NCBI GenBank assembly: GCA_012267385.1
Contig: JAAXGW010000024.1
Coordinates: 19,536 to 83,535, forward strand
Source of the DNA: OMG group bacterium
Lineage (GTDB): Bacteria; Pseudomonadota; Gammaproteobacteria; Pseudomonadales; Azotimanducaceae
DNA: 64,000 bases
Direction: 5' to 3'
Below the pieces are notes generated by a model that made no database searches, was not told where the DNA came from, and saw only the letters and a program-made list of their open reading frames with translations. Both the position numbers and the translations under genes were made by a program. Below, piece after piece: positions 31,135 to 39,722 of this stretch (the first letter of the stretch is position 1; every line of letters starts with the position of its first letter).

Positions 31135-31185
31135 CAAACTCAGGAGGACTTATTCTTTGTTAGTACAGTGTCGATCACATCCAGC

Positions 31186-31201
31186 AATTCGACCTCGAAT
31201 T
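31186..31201. promoter_or_regulatory. perfect inverted repeat AATTCGA-CC-TCGAATT in the leader of the A/B array
   Basis: Read directly from the sequence. It has 7-bp arms, lies ~50-65 bp upstream of the B-type pair-5 start codon, and shares the TTCGA/TCGAA half-sites with the palindrome at 31236-31250. Confidence 0.3.
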
Positions 31202-31235
31202 TGTTACGAAGGTGCTTTACACAACGTCTAATGAC

Positions 31236-31250
31236 CTTCGAGTCTCGAAG
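31236..31250. promoter_or_regulatory. perfect inverted repeat CTTCGAG-T-CTCGAAG in the leader of the A/B array
   Basis: Read directly from the sequence. It has 7-bp arms and a 1-nt centre, so it is too tight for a stable RNA hairpin of full length and has no T-run. That makes a dimeric-protein operator more plausible than a terminator. Confidence 0.3.
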
Positions 31251-31418
31251 TTTATCAACCTGTAGTACCGAACTAACAGTCTATCTGAGCATGACAATCC
31301 AAACTAAGTGAATTGCTACTGGTAATCTGGAGACTTGAAACGCCTCCCTTAAATATTCTTTCTCAGTAAAGGCACTTTCCTAGCGCGGTAAACTAGTCGA
31401 GACACCTTACTCAACCAA

Positions 31419-32114
31419 TCAAATCTCTTCAACCTTCGGTGGAGGTGGCGCAAGAAGTTTTTTTAGAGTTTCTACATGTTCGGCTAGGTAAAACGCATGA
31501 GACTTCTTCGTCGATGACGATCTGCGTTTCTCTACTTTTGTCAAGTCGAAAGTGATACACATGAAGACCGGTTGCATTTGCACTCGTTTTGTCTCATAGT
31601 GAAAAGAACCGCCTCGGTCGAAATTGATCATTTCTTTCTTTGCCACTACTGAGACACTCTTGACAGCTTTACCAAGGTCTTCGTCTGGGTATTTCTTAAG
31701 AAAGTTGAACGGATTGCGCAATGACGTTTTGTAGAACTGAGCATGTCCTGCGTAAGAATTGCTTTGAGCTCTAATCCTCGAAGGTGTTCGCGTGGTGTCG
31801 ATCAATTTCTTAACGTTACCGTCTGATATCGAACCTTTCATCGTTAACAGCATAACTATGTCTGCGGGGCCATTGATGGTTGTTTTGGTTGATTTGAATG
31901 AATCAATCTCTACCGTGAAAGGTAGGTCTTCGTGGTTGAAAAATCCCTTGCATTCAGATTTCGAAAAGCCTTTCTTGGATAAGGGTTCTGGCGGTGCTTT
32001 CTCTTTTGGAGCTTCTGCTCCGTCCTCACCACTCGCATTCGCGGGATCTTCTTGACGTTCCTGCGCAAAGGCGGCTGTGGATACTAAAAACGCTAGTGCA
32101 ATGAGTAGTTTCAT
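31419..32114 (-). CDS. secreted hypothetical protein
   Basis: 231 aa. AGGAG lies 7 nt upstream of the ATG. It has a Sec signal peptide (MKLLIALAFLVSTAAFA/QE) and a Pro/Glu/Lys-rich segment after the signal. I recognise no family. Confidence 0.7.
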   Translation of the reverse strand: MKLLIALAFLVSTAAFAQERQEDPANASGEDGAEAPKEKAPPEPLSKKGFSKSECKGFFNHEDLPFTVEIDSFKSTKTTINGPADIVMLLTMKGSISDGNVKKLIDTTRTPSRIRAQSNSYAGHAQFYKTSLRNPFNFLKKYPDEDLGKAVKSVSVVAKKEMINFDRGGSFHYETKRVQMQPVFMCITFDLTKVEKRRSSSTKKSHAFYLAEHVETLKKLLAPPPPKVEEI

Positions 32115-32428
32115 TTCAATTCTCCTGGTTTTGTTTATTTCAGTGTGTGAACCTATAAAGTTCGTGTACCAAAGGCATGCCGAACAGTATGCCAGTTCGT
32201 CTCTTCAAGTACTTATGAACTAATGAGTCTTTTGGGTAGTACTAATATATACGATTTTATCAAGAAAAGAGCGTCTTTCCAAACGTATCGACAGAATAGA
32301 GTCGATTCGATGAAAATATTTTGAGATTGAGGTCTTTCGCGCCTTCGTTTTAGAAAACAAAGACCAAACTATAATTTCGTGTCCTATTACGACTGTTCGA
32401 TTGACTTACGTAACAGTAGATAACGTTT

Positions 32429-32505
32429 AGGCGCGTAGCTCAGTTGGCTAGAGCATCACCTTGACATGGTGGGGGTCGTTGGTTCAAGTCCAATCGCGCC
32501 TACCA
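32429..32505 (+). tRNA. tRNA-Val (anticodon GAC)
   Basis: AGGCGCGTAGCTCAGTTGGCTAGAGCATCACCTTGACATGGTGGGGGTCGTTGGTTCAAGTCCAATCGCGCCTACCA. The acceptor stem is AGGCGCG/CGCGCCT, with U8, D-arm GCTC/GAGC, anticodon loop TTGACAT and an encoded CCA. The body is very close to E. coli tRNA-Val(GAC). Confidence 0.9.
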
Positions 32506-32518
32506 CACTAAGTCTGGA

Positions 32519-34537
32519 TCAGGATTTGAAGAAAGTCACCTTTTTAACTTCATCAATCTGATCACGAATCATCGCTGCTTCTTCAAATTCCAGTTCCTCC
32601 GCATGATTGAGCATTCGTTTCTCAAGGTCTCGAAGTAGCTTCTTTAACGCGGGCGGGTCGCGCGGAATGTCTTCAATAACGAAGTCGTTCTGCACTTCTC
32701 GGCGTGAGCCGCGTTTGCGTCGACGTTGCGCTGAGCGCGCTCCTTCCATGATGTCTGCGACTGACTTAGTCACAGACTGGGGAGTAATACCGTTAACTTC
32801 GTTGTGGACTAGCTGTTTATTACGGCGACGGGATGTTTCGTCCATTGCACGCTGCATCGAACCAGTGATCTGATCCGCATACAAAATCGCGCGACCATCG
32901 ACATTTCGAGCGGCGCGTCCGATGGTTTGTATCAACGAAGTCGCTGCACGTAAAAAACCTTCCTTATCGGCATCTAGGATCGCTACCAACGCGACTTCAG
33001 GCATATCCAGTCCCTCGCGAAGTAGATTGATGCCGACTAATACGTCGAACTGTCCGAGTCTTAAATCTCGGATGATTTCCACACGTTCAACCGTGTCAAT
33101 ATCAGAATGTAAGTAACGAACGGAAACCCCGTTGCTGTCTAAATATTCAGACAAGTCTTCGGCCATACGTTTTGTCAGCGTCGTAACCAACACCCGATGT
33201 CCAGCTTTAACCGTTTCATGGATTTCATGCATCAGGTCATCAACTTGGGTCATAGCCGGTTTGACGATTACTTCTGGATCGACTAACCCAGTAGGTCTGA
33301 CCACTTGATCAACTGTTTGGGCACCGTGTTTCTCTTCGTAAGCTCCCGGCGTCGCAGATACAAAAATCATTTGTGGAGCTAATGTCTCCCATTCGTCAAA
33401 ACGGAGCGGGCGATTATCCAAAGCAGAGGGTAATCGGAAACCGTAGCTCACTAGTGTTTCCTTTCTGGACCGATCTCCACGATACATGGCTCCCAGTTGC
33501 GGAATGGTCACGTGTGATTCGTCCACGAAGAGTATTGCATCTTTAGGTAGATATTCAAAGAGTGTAGGTGGTGGTTCCCCCTCACCTCGACCGGACAAAT
33601 ACCGGGAATAATTTTCGATTCCAGTACAGAATCCCAATTCATTCATCATTTCGAGATCGTAGGCGGTACGTTGCTCAAGACGTTGAGCTTCAACGAGCTT
33701 GTCGTTCGCTTTGAACTCATCGAGCCTAGATTGCAGTTCATCGCGAATCTCGTCGAGTACGCTGCGCATTCGTTCAATGGGAGTGACGTAATGTGATTTT
33801 GGAAATATCGTGTATCTTGGGACTCGTTCCCGTTTCACACCTGTAAGTGGATCAAAAATTGTCAAATTCTCAATGACATCATCGAATAATTCAATCCTGA
33901 TCGCATCTCGTTCTGACTCTGCCGGAAATACATCGATGACGTCGCCACGAACACGATACGTCCCGCGTTGAAAGAATGTGTCGTTGCGAACGTATTGCAA
34001 CACCGCAAGTCGTTTCAGAATGAAACGTTGGTCTACTCGATCTCCTCGGTCTAGGTGTAATACCATTTCGAGATAGGATCCAGGATCTCCCAATCCGTAG
34101 ATTGCTGACACAGACGCCACAATAATCGTATCGCGACGTTGCATAAGTGCTTTCGTCGCGGACAAGCGCATTTGTTCAATGTGATCGTTGATGGAGGAAT
34201 CTTTCTCAATGTAGGTATCAGACGACGGTACATATGCTTCGGGTTGATAGTAGTCGTAGTATGAAACGAAATACTCGACTGCATTCTTGGGAAAAAATTC
34301 ACGAAACTCCCCGTAGAGTTGAGCCGCTAGTGTTTTGTTGTGCGCTAAAACGAGAGTCGGTCTTTGTAGGTTTTGAACGACATTAGCCATTGTGAACGTT
34401 TTGCCTGAACCGGTTACCCCGAGTAGCGTTTGGTGCATGTACCCGAGATCGATTCCTTCGGTCAACCGAGCTATTGCCTCAGGCTGATCGCCGCGAGGAA
34501 TGTAATTTGCGGTTAATTCAAAAGCCTGTTGGGCCAC
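32519..34537 (-). CDS. uvrB: excinuclease ABC subunit B
   Basis: 672 aa with Walker [11 protein letters not shown], ...[11 protein letters not shown]..., helicase motifs and a C-terminal UVR domain (...[10 protein letters not shown]...). Confidence 0.95.
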   Translation of the reverse strand: MAQQAFELTANYIPRGDQPEAIARLTEGIDLGYMHQTLLGVTGSGKTFTMANVVQNLQRPTLVLAHNKTLAAQLYGEFREFFPKNAVEYFVSYYDYYQPEAYVPSSDTYIEKDSSINDHIEQMRLSATKALMQRRDTIIVASVSAIYGLGDPGSYLEMVLHLDRGDRVDQRFILKRLAVLQYVRNDTFFQRGTYRVRGDVIDVFPAESERDAIRIELFDDVIENLTIFDPLTGVKRERVPRYTIFPKSHYVTPIERMRSVLDEIRDELQSRLDEFKANDKLVEAQRLEQRTAYDLEMMNELGFCTGIENYSRYLSGRGEGEPPPTLFEYLPKDAILFVDESHVTIPQLGAMYRGDRSRKETLVSYGFRLPSALDNRPLRFDEWETLAPQMIFVSATPGAYEEKHGAQTVDQVVRPTGLVDPEVIVKPAMTQVDDLMHEIHETVKAGHRVLVTTLTKRMAEDLSEYLDSNGVSVRYLHSDIDTVERVEIIRDLRLGQFDVLVGINLLREGLDMPEVALVAILDADKEGFLRAATSLIQTIGRAARNVDGRAILYADQITGSMQRAMDETSRRRNKQLVHNEVNGITPQSVTKSVADIMEGARSAQRRRKRGSRREVQNDFVIEDIPRDPPALKKLLRDLEKRMLNHAEELEFEEAAMIRDQIDEVKKVTFFKS

Positions 34538-34605
34538 AATGCTTAAGTGGATGAATTGAGGCTAAAGGCTTGAAGTGTCTCGTCGCCAAAATTGAAGAAA
34601 TTGCG

Positions 34606-35526
34606 TTAAATAGAGTCGTCGGTCGAATTAGGATCAATTTCTCGTACAACGCGAAATCCCACGAGACTGACACGATTTTCTGCACTATAAAAGTGTCGTG
34701 TCGCGGATCGAACAAAGAAGGGTGAAGCGATCCAACTCCCACCACGGACTACGCGCCGAGCACAATCACCCGTAGTCCAAGCCGTCCCGTCAGTCGGGGC
34801 TGTGCCAAAGTTGCGGTTCCAACAATCTAGAGTCCACTCCCAAACATTACCGTGTATGTCATAAAGCTTCCACGGATTGGGTGCATACTTCCCAACTTCT
34901 GTAGTTTTTTCGATCGGACTACCTGTATTGCATCCATCACAATTTGCTTTGCCGTATAGAAGTTCGTCGCCCCAACTGTATTTTGTATCGGTACCCGCTC
35001 GCCCAGCATACTCCCACTCAGCTTCAGAAGGCAATCGATAGATCGCACCGGTTTCATCAGACAACCACTTTGTGTAGGCCACCGCATCATGCCACGAAAC
35101 ATGGATCGCAGGTCGCGAGCCCCGACCCCATTGACTGTCGTCGGGTACAGATCTTAAAGACGCTTTGGCGAAGACTTGGTATTGGTCGAAGGTAACCTCA
35201 AATTGGGAAACAGCAAATCTACCGACTTGGACTTCACGAGATGGAATTTCGTCGTCAGAACAGTCGATTTCTGTAAGACATCCCATCTCAAATTTCCCCG
35301 ATGGTAACAATACCATTCTTGGACTCGTACCACCGATTTGTAGGGGTTCGCGAAAGACACTCAGTGCCGTCAATTGTTCAATGGACGCTTTGTCTTCAAG
35401 CAGGGTCGCTTCATCCAAATTTGGATCTGAAGTGGCTTCAGCGGCAACTTGTTCTTGGCTCAGTGTTGCTGCCGCGCTCCAACATACTAGGATCGATAGG
35501 GAAGAAGTTTGAAAGAATCTTCTCAT
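34606..35526 (-). CDS. formylglycine-generating enzyme / SUMF1-family protein, exported
   Basis: ...RGGSW..., ...GNVWEWTLDCW... and ...YRLPSEAEWEYAGRAG... are the FGE-sulfatase domain hallmarks. The likely start is ATG 35526 (MRRFFQTSSLSILVCWSAAATLSQ, a signal peptide); the ORF track begins at TTG 35583. Confidence 0.8.
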   Translation of the reverse strand: MRRFFQTSSLSILVCWSAAATLSQEQVAAEATSDPNLDEATLLEDKASIEQLTALSVFREPLQIGGTSPRMVLLPSGKFEMGCLTEIDCSDDEIPSREVQVGRFAVSQFEVTFDQYQVFAKASLRSVPDDSQWGRGSRPAIHVSWHDAVAYTKWLSDETGAIYRLPSEAEWEYAGRAGTDTKYSWGDELLYGKANCDGCNTGSPIEKTTEVGKYAPNPWKLYDIHGNVWEWTLDCWNRNFGTAPTDGTAWTTGDCARRVVRGGSWIASPFFVRSATRHFYSAENRVSLVGFRVVREIDPNSTDDSI

Positions 35527-36028
35527 AGCGTGCCCGTATTCAGTTCGCGACAGTCGTTCCACTGAGTACTTGGGATTTTTCAAGATCTTGGAATATCCAA
35601 CCTGGGAGGGTTGTACGTCTGTTGTGACTGAACGATTTCGATAAAGTTCCTTCGTTTCCTTAAAAGTTTGCTGTTGCTATTAAATGTCTTGTAGGCTGAA
35701 ATCATTCGACCAGTCCGCTCTACATCTGATGTTACGAAGGAATCTAGTAATTCTGGTTGGTGTCCTGTGCTCCTTTTAGAAAAAAATTCTACATTTTTTC
35801 TTCAATGAAAACTGGAATTTGAATGTTTGAGACGATCCGCTACTATTTGCCGACAAGATCCATATAGCTAGCGTTTGTAGACTAAACTTCGGAGAAGAAA
35901 CTCGAACACATTGAATCGGTGGTGACTTAGAGTACCATTAATGCGTCTATACTCGTTGTTAGAGCAGTAGTTCTCATTGCCTCTCAATTGCGAGAGCCTC
36001 CAAGGACGTTCATCATTCGACTTCGGAA

Positions 36029-37939
36029 ATGAAAAAACTCGGCAAATCCCAGTGGATCATTGTAGGTTGTACGGCAACCATCATTTTGGCCTTGTTTGTA
36101 GTCGTCTACGTTTTGATCACCTCCAACTTGGGAAACCGGAGTGGTGACACTAATATCGGACAAACCGATACTTCGAAGACACAAAGCACCGAAGAAAACA
36201 ACCGTACGAAGTCAAACTATCAGTCGCCCGCGGAGGCCTTGAACGACCTGGTCGATATTGAAAGTGAGTTTCAGCGTACCGCGTCCCTCTACACCTATCT
36301 CGCTGATATCGACACAAACGACCTTCTCGACTTGTTGCGTCGCTCCGAGAACATAAAACGCAATAATGTTCGTTCGAACATACAGAATGTTGCCTTACGC
36401 AAACTAGCGTTAATTGACCTTAATGAAGCTCTACGCTGGATTGCCAATATTCCACGCGTAAGGCGTGCCCCAATGTTGGAGAGTGTGTTCTATGAATGGT
36501 CGCTAACAAATCTGAGCGATGCGGTCGAAGGAGCAAAAACACTAGACGGAATAGATCGGCGAACTGCTCTTGAAGCAATTCTTTTCACCCGCAACGATTT
36601 TTCGAAGTCTGTCATGCTCGAGATCGCCCGCGAATTGGACCTTGAAGAGATTGCTCACATACAGATCAGTTCAACCCAAGCTCTTGAACTTTTAGATGAT
36701 CCTAGTTCTGCGTGGGACTTTGTTGTCAACGACAATGTCGACGACACTAGTCAACTCGAACTGTTGAAGCTTGTCTTTTCTGAGTGGAAGGAAGAAGCAG
36801 GCTTTGATGTGATGCTGCACGCGGCTGCTCTGTTCCCAAACAAAGACGAACGAAGGGCATTGAGTACCGTAATTGAAGGAGCTGTTGGCACTCAGCTCAA
36901 CGAGGCATTTGACTATCTGAAGCAATTGCCACGCAAAGAACGAGGTGAACTCCCTTGTGCACTTGCATTGGCTGCAGCTCGAATTCATCCAATGCTTGCG
37001 CTATTGGAGATTGAGAAATGGTCTGATGAACCTATCCACGTCCAAATGCAAAAAGGCGCAGCCACCACATGGGCGCACACCGATCCGAGTGAATTGCTAA
37101 ACAATCTCGAGTTGTTACCGCAAGTTACCCGAGTGGAAGCACTCGACATTGCTTTTGCCCAACTTGCTTACGCGGCTCCTGAGGAGGCTATCCAATACAT
37201 CGATGAAGCAAAGAAGTATCTTCGATCCGAAACACGAGTCTTGGCCATCATCGCAAAACAGTGGTCTAACGTAAATCCCGAGGCAGCTCTAGAGTGGGCG
37301 ATATCCAATTCGGAAACGAATAGTTCAAGGCGGAAATCTCTGGTTCAACGTGTGTTTAAAAATCTTGCATTAGTCGACACGCACGAAGCACTTGAATTGG
37401 CGCGAGGAGTCTGGAGTAGCAGAATCAGTGTGATAGATGCGGCTGAATACGATGTGATATCGGAATTCTTACATGTTGGAAAGATCGAAGACGCAATAGC
37501 ACTTCTTCCCGAGATTCACGAACAAGCACGATACTTTGCCATCGTCGATCTTGGCCACTCTCTTGTGCGCGCGGGAGATCCATATTCAGCGGTCGAGCTA
37601 GGCCTTGACGTGCCGTCTCTAAACGCACCCATGGTTGGACCAGCAGGATATTTCACTGGACTATTTAGCACATGGGCGGACTATGATCCCCAGCAGCTAT
37701 TCGATTCACTTCCAGCGATTACATCGCAACCTCTCCGGTCCAAGGCAACTAAGATTCTTCTCGATCATGAAACGACAAGACCTACTCTAGCGGAGGAGTC
37801 TATCAAATCGATGGAAGAATTCCTTAACGAGCACCCCTCGACTGGAAGTGTGGATTTGCTAGAACTACAAATGCGCGCCGAAAAAGGATTGATCGACTTC
37901 GACGAGATGGATTTACCTGAGGGTTGGTTCGAGCAGTGA
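36029..37939 (+). CDS. C-type membrane-anchored helical-repeat protein (copy 1)
   Basis: 636 aa. TM: WIIVGCTATIILALFVVVYVLI. It has ~12 repeats of a W/L-x(2-3)-[DN]-P-x(2)-A-[LI]-x-W-type helical hairpin and ends ...EMDLPEGWFEQ. Confidence 0.85.
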   Translation: MKKLGKSQWIIVGCTATIILALFVVVYVLITSNLGNRSGDTNIGQTDTSKTQSTEENNRTKSNYQSPAEALNDLVDIESEFQRTASLYTYLADIDTNDLLDLLRRSENIKRNNVRSNIQNVALRKLALIDLNEALRWIANIPRVRRAPMLESVFYEWSLTNLSDAVEGAKTLDGIDRRTALEAILFTRNDFSKSVMLEIARELDLEEIAHIQISSTQALELLDDPSSAWDFVVNDNVDDTSQLELLKLVFSEWKEEAGFDVMLHAAALFPNKDERRALSTVIEGAVGTQLNEAFDYLKQLPRKERGELPCALALAAARIHPMLALLEIEKWSDEPIHVQMQKGAATTWAHTDPSELLNNLELLPQVTRVEALDIAFAQLAYAAPEEAIQYIDEAKKYLRSETRVLAIIAKQWSNVNPEAALEWAISNSETNSSRRKSLVQRVFKNLALVDTHEALELARGVWSSRISVIDAAEYDVISEFLHVGKIEDAIALLPEIHEQARYFAIVDLGHSLVRAGDPYSAVELGLDVPSLNAPMVGPAGYFTGLFSTWADYDPQQLFDSLPAITSQPLRSKATKILLDHETTRPTLAEESIKSMEEFLNEHPSTGSVDLLELQMRAEKGLIDFDEMDLPEGWFEQ

Positions 37940-37977
37940 ATCAACAACGAAAATCATAGACAAGAAGATCGGTAATT

Positions 37978-39722
37978 GTGAGAGAACGCAATCGATTGAA
38001 CTCTAAATTTTTTCGAGGTGAGTTTTACTTCGCTGTCTTACTTGGCTCGATTCTTGTGCTGACACTTCCTATTGTCGCAGACGAAACCACAAGAACAGTT
38101 TCCACTGATTCTCAACAAGAGATCGACTCGCTCACAAATACAAAGACGGCACCCCCCGTTCTAGGACAACACGAGAGTGCGTTCAATCGCAACGTAGCTC
38201 TTTATGCGAAAATCGTCGATGCTGGCGAAAAAGAACTGCGAACTCTTTTGCATGAATCCCTTGAAATCGAGCATGGAAGTATTAGATACGATACCCTATT
38301 CGCTATCAGCAGTCGGTTTGCGTTAGTCAATCCGCCGGAGAGTTTTGCGGTAGCAATTAAGCTACCCGCGCATGAACGAGAGCCCGTGATAGTGGGAATT
38401 TTTACCGAATGGTCCGTCTCAGACTTAGACAGTGCCATCGCGGCAGCAAAAAAACTTGACCGAGATACGAGATTACTCGCTCTCAATACTATTGCGAAAG
38501 TCAGAGACGACTTGTCCGAGCTTCAACTTCGAGAAATTGCCAACGAATTAGACCACCCGGACTATGTGTCGATTTCCAAGAGCAAGGCAACAACCATCGA
38601 GCCTACTGATGATCCGATTACTAATTGGCGTGCATTGGCGCACGACGGCGTTGACAATGCATTGCAATTGGACTCTTTCATTCAAGTTGCCGCGGCGATG
38701 GTTGAACAGCACGGTCTTGGAGCGATATTTCATCTTCGAGCTCCCCTCGTTGAAGACATACGGCGTTTCGTTTGGTGGCCTAACAGGAGACACGAAATAT
38801 TCGGTGTTGTTGTAGATACTCTGATAAAAAACAATCCCGAGAGAGCATGGGCTTACATCGAAAAAGGATCGGCAACAGTACCCAACGCATTGGAGGACCA
38901 ATCTAAACCAAACACTCAAAGCGACTTTACGAGACGAGAGCGCGCATATACGACCGACGTAGTACGAGAGCTACTAGTCGAGTCCTTGGCGACTCTGTAT
39001 CCCGCGATTGTGATAGACAGAATTGAGCACTTCCCATACCATCTACAACCGTTGGCATGCAAGTACGCGTTAGCCAATCTCGCACAGACCGATCCAGAAC
39101 GAGTGGTTGCATTGATCCCGTCATTGAAACACTTCGGAGCAAGCGAATATAGAAGTTTGAGGGGTGTCGTTTCCAAGTGGTCAGAAGTTGACCCATCTAG
39201 TGCATTAACTTGGGTCATGTCCTCTCCAGAAATCAAGCCGGAATCACTCGAGAATTTAATGACACCTGCGTTGTATGCGCTCGTAGTAGAAGATCCAACT
39301 CAAGCATTGACAATAGCTGCCCAACAACCAAACTCGGAACGACTTGAAGCTTTTGTGATAAGCGAACTAGCTCTCACGGATTTAGATAAAGCGATCAAAC
39401 TGTTACCCTCTGTCAGTCCATCCGCCGGGGGTTATCAACTGCTTGGGTAGCGCGTAAAGCGATTGAGCAAGGAGAGGTCGACCGCGCTGTAGAAATGAGC
39501 CTCGAATTTGAAGAATCAACTGACGAAGCGATAAGCTGGTTTATGTTCTTCTTAACTTGGTCTGACGAAAATCCTGTCCAGTTATTTGAACGGTTGCATG
39601 ACTTTCCATCAAAACTGAGATACGAAGCCGCACACGCTTTAGATTACTATTCGAAACCAGAACTCACAAAGGAACAATTGGATTACATACGGACGATTTA
39701 CCAAAGACCTACTTATGAGTAA
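37978..39722 (+). pseudogene. D-type paralogue (copy 1) with a frame break in a G5 run
   Basis: ORFs 37978-39450 (490 aa) and 39495-39722 (75 aa) are collinear with the intact 595-aa D' protein. After GGGGG at 39427-39431, the +1 frame reads ...GLSTAWVARKAIEQGEVDRAVEMSLEFEESTDEAISWFMFFLTWSDENPVQ..., matching D' ...HLSTLWVADNAIELGDVDRALELVIKLEESSEEIIYWSSFFWTWCRENPVQ... Confidence 0.75.

Larger units (their letters stand above)
12634..31137 (-). repeat. five tandem, strongly diverged copies of a ~3.65-kb two-gene unit (B-type gene followed by A-type gene)
   Basis: Unit spans are 12634-16255, 16334-20010, 20056-23699, 23773-27411 and 27481-31137 (3622-3677 bp each). Alternating paralogues are recognisable from the ORF-track translations. 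Intergenic gaps are 28-100 bp. Confidence 0.9.

Noticed and set aside
32429-32505. tRNA-Val begins with an A1:U72 pair instead of the usual G1:C72.
   Set aside because: It is real in the sequence, but the rest of the tRNA is canonical and the acceptor stem is perfectly paired. It is probably lineage variation and not a pseudo-tRNA.
36465-36582. The identical tracts between C and C' could be the template/variable repeats of a diversity-generating retroelement.
   Set aside because: There is no reverse transcriptase ORF in the window. The one mismatch is G/A within a coding paralogue rather than a pattern of adenine-specific substitutions, and both copies are full-length genes.
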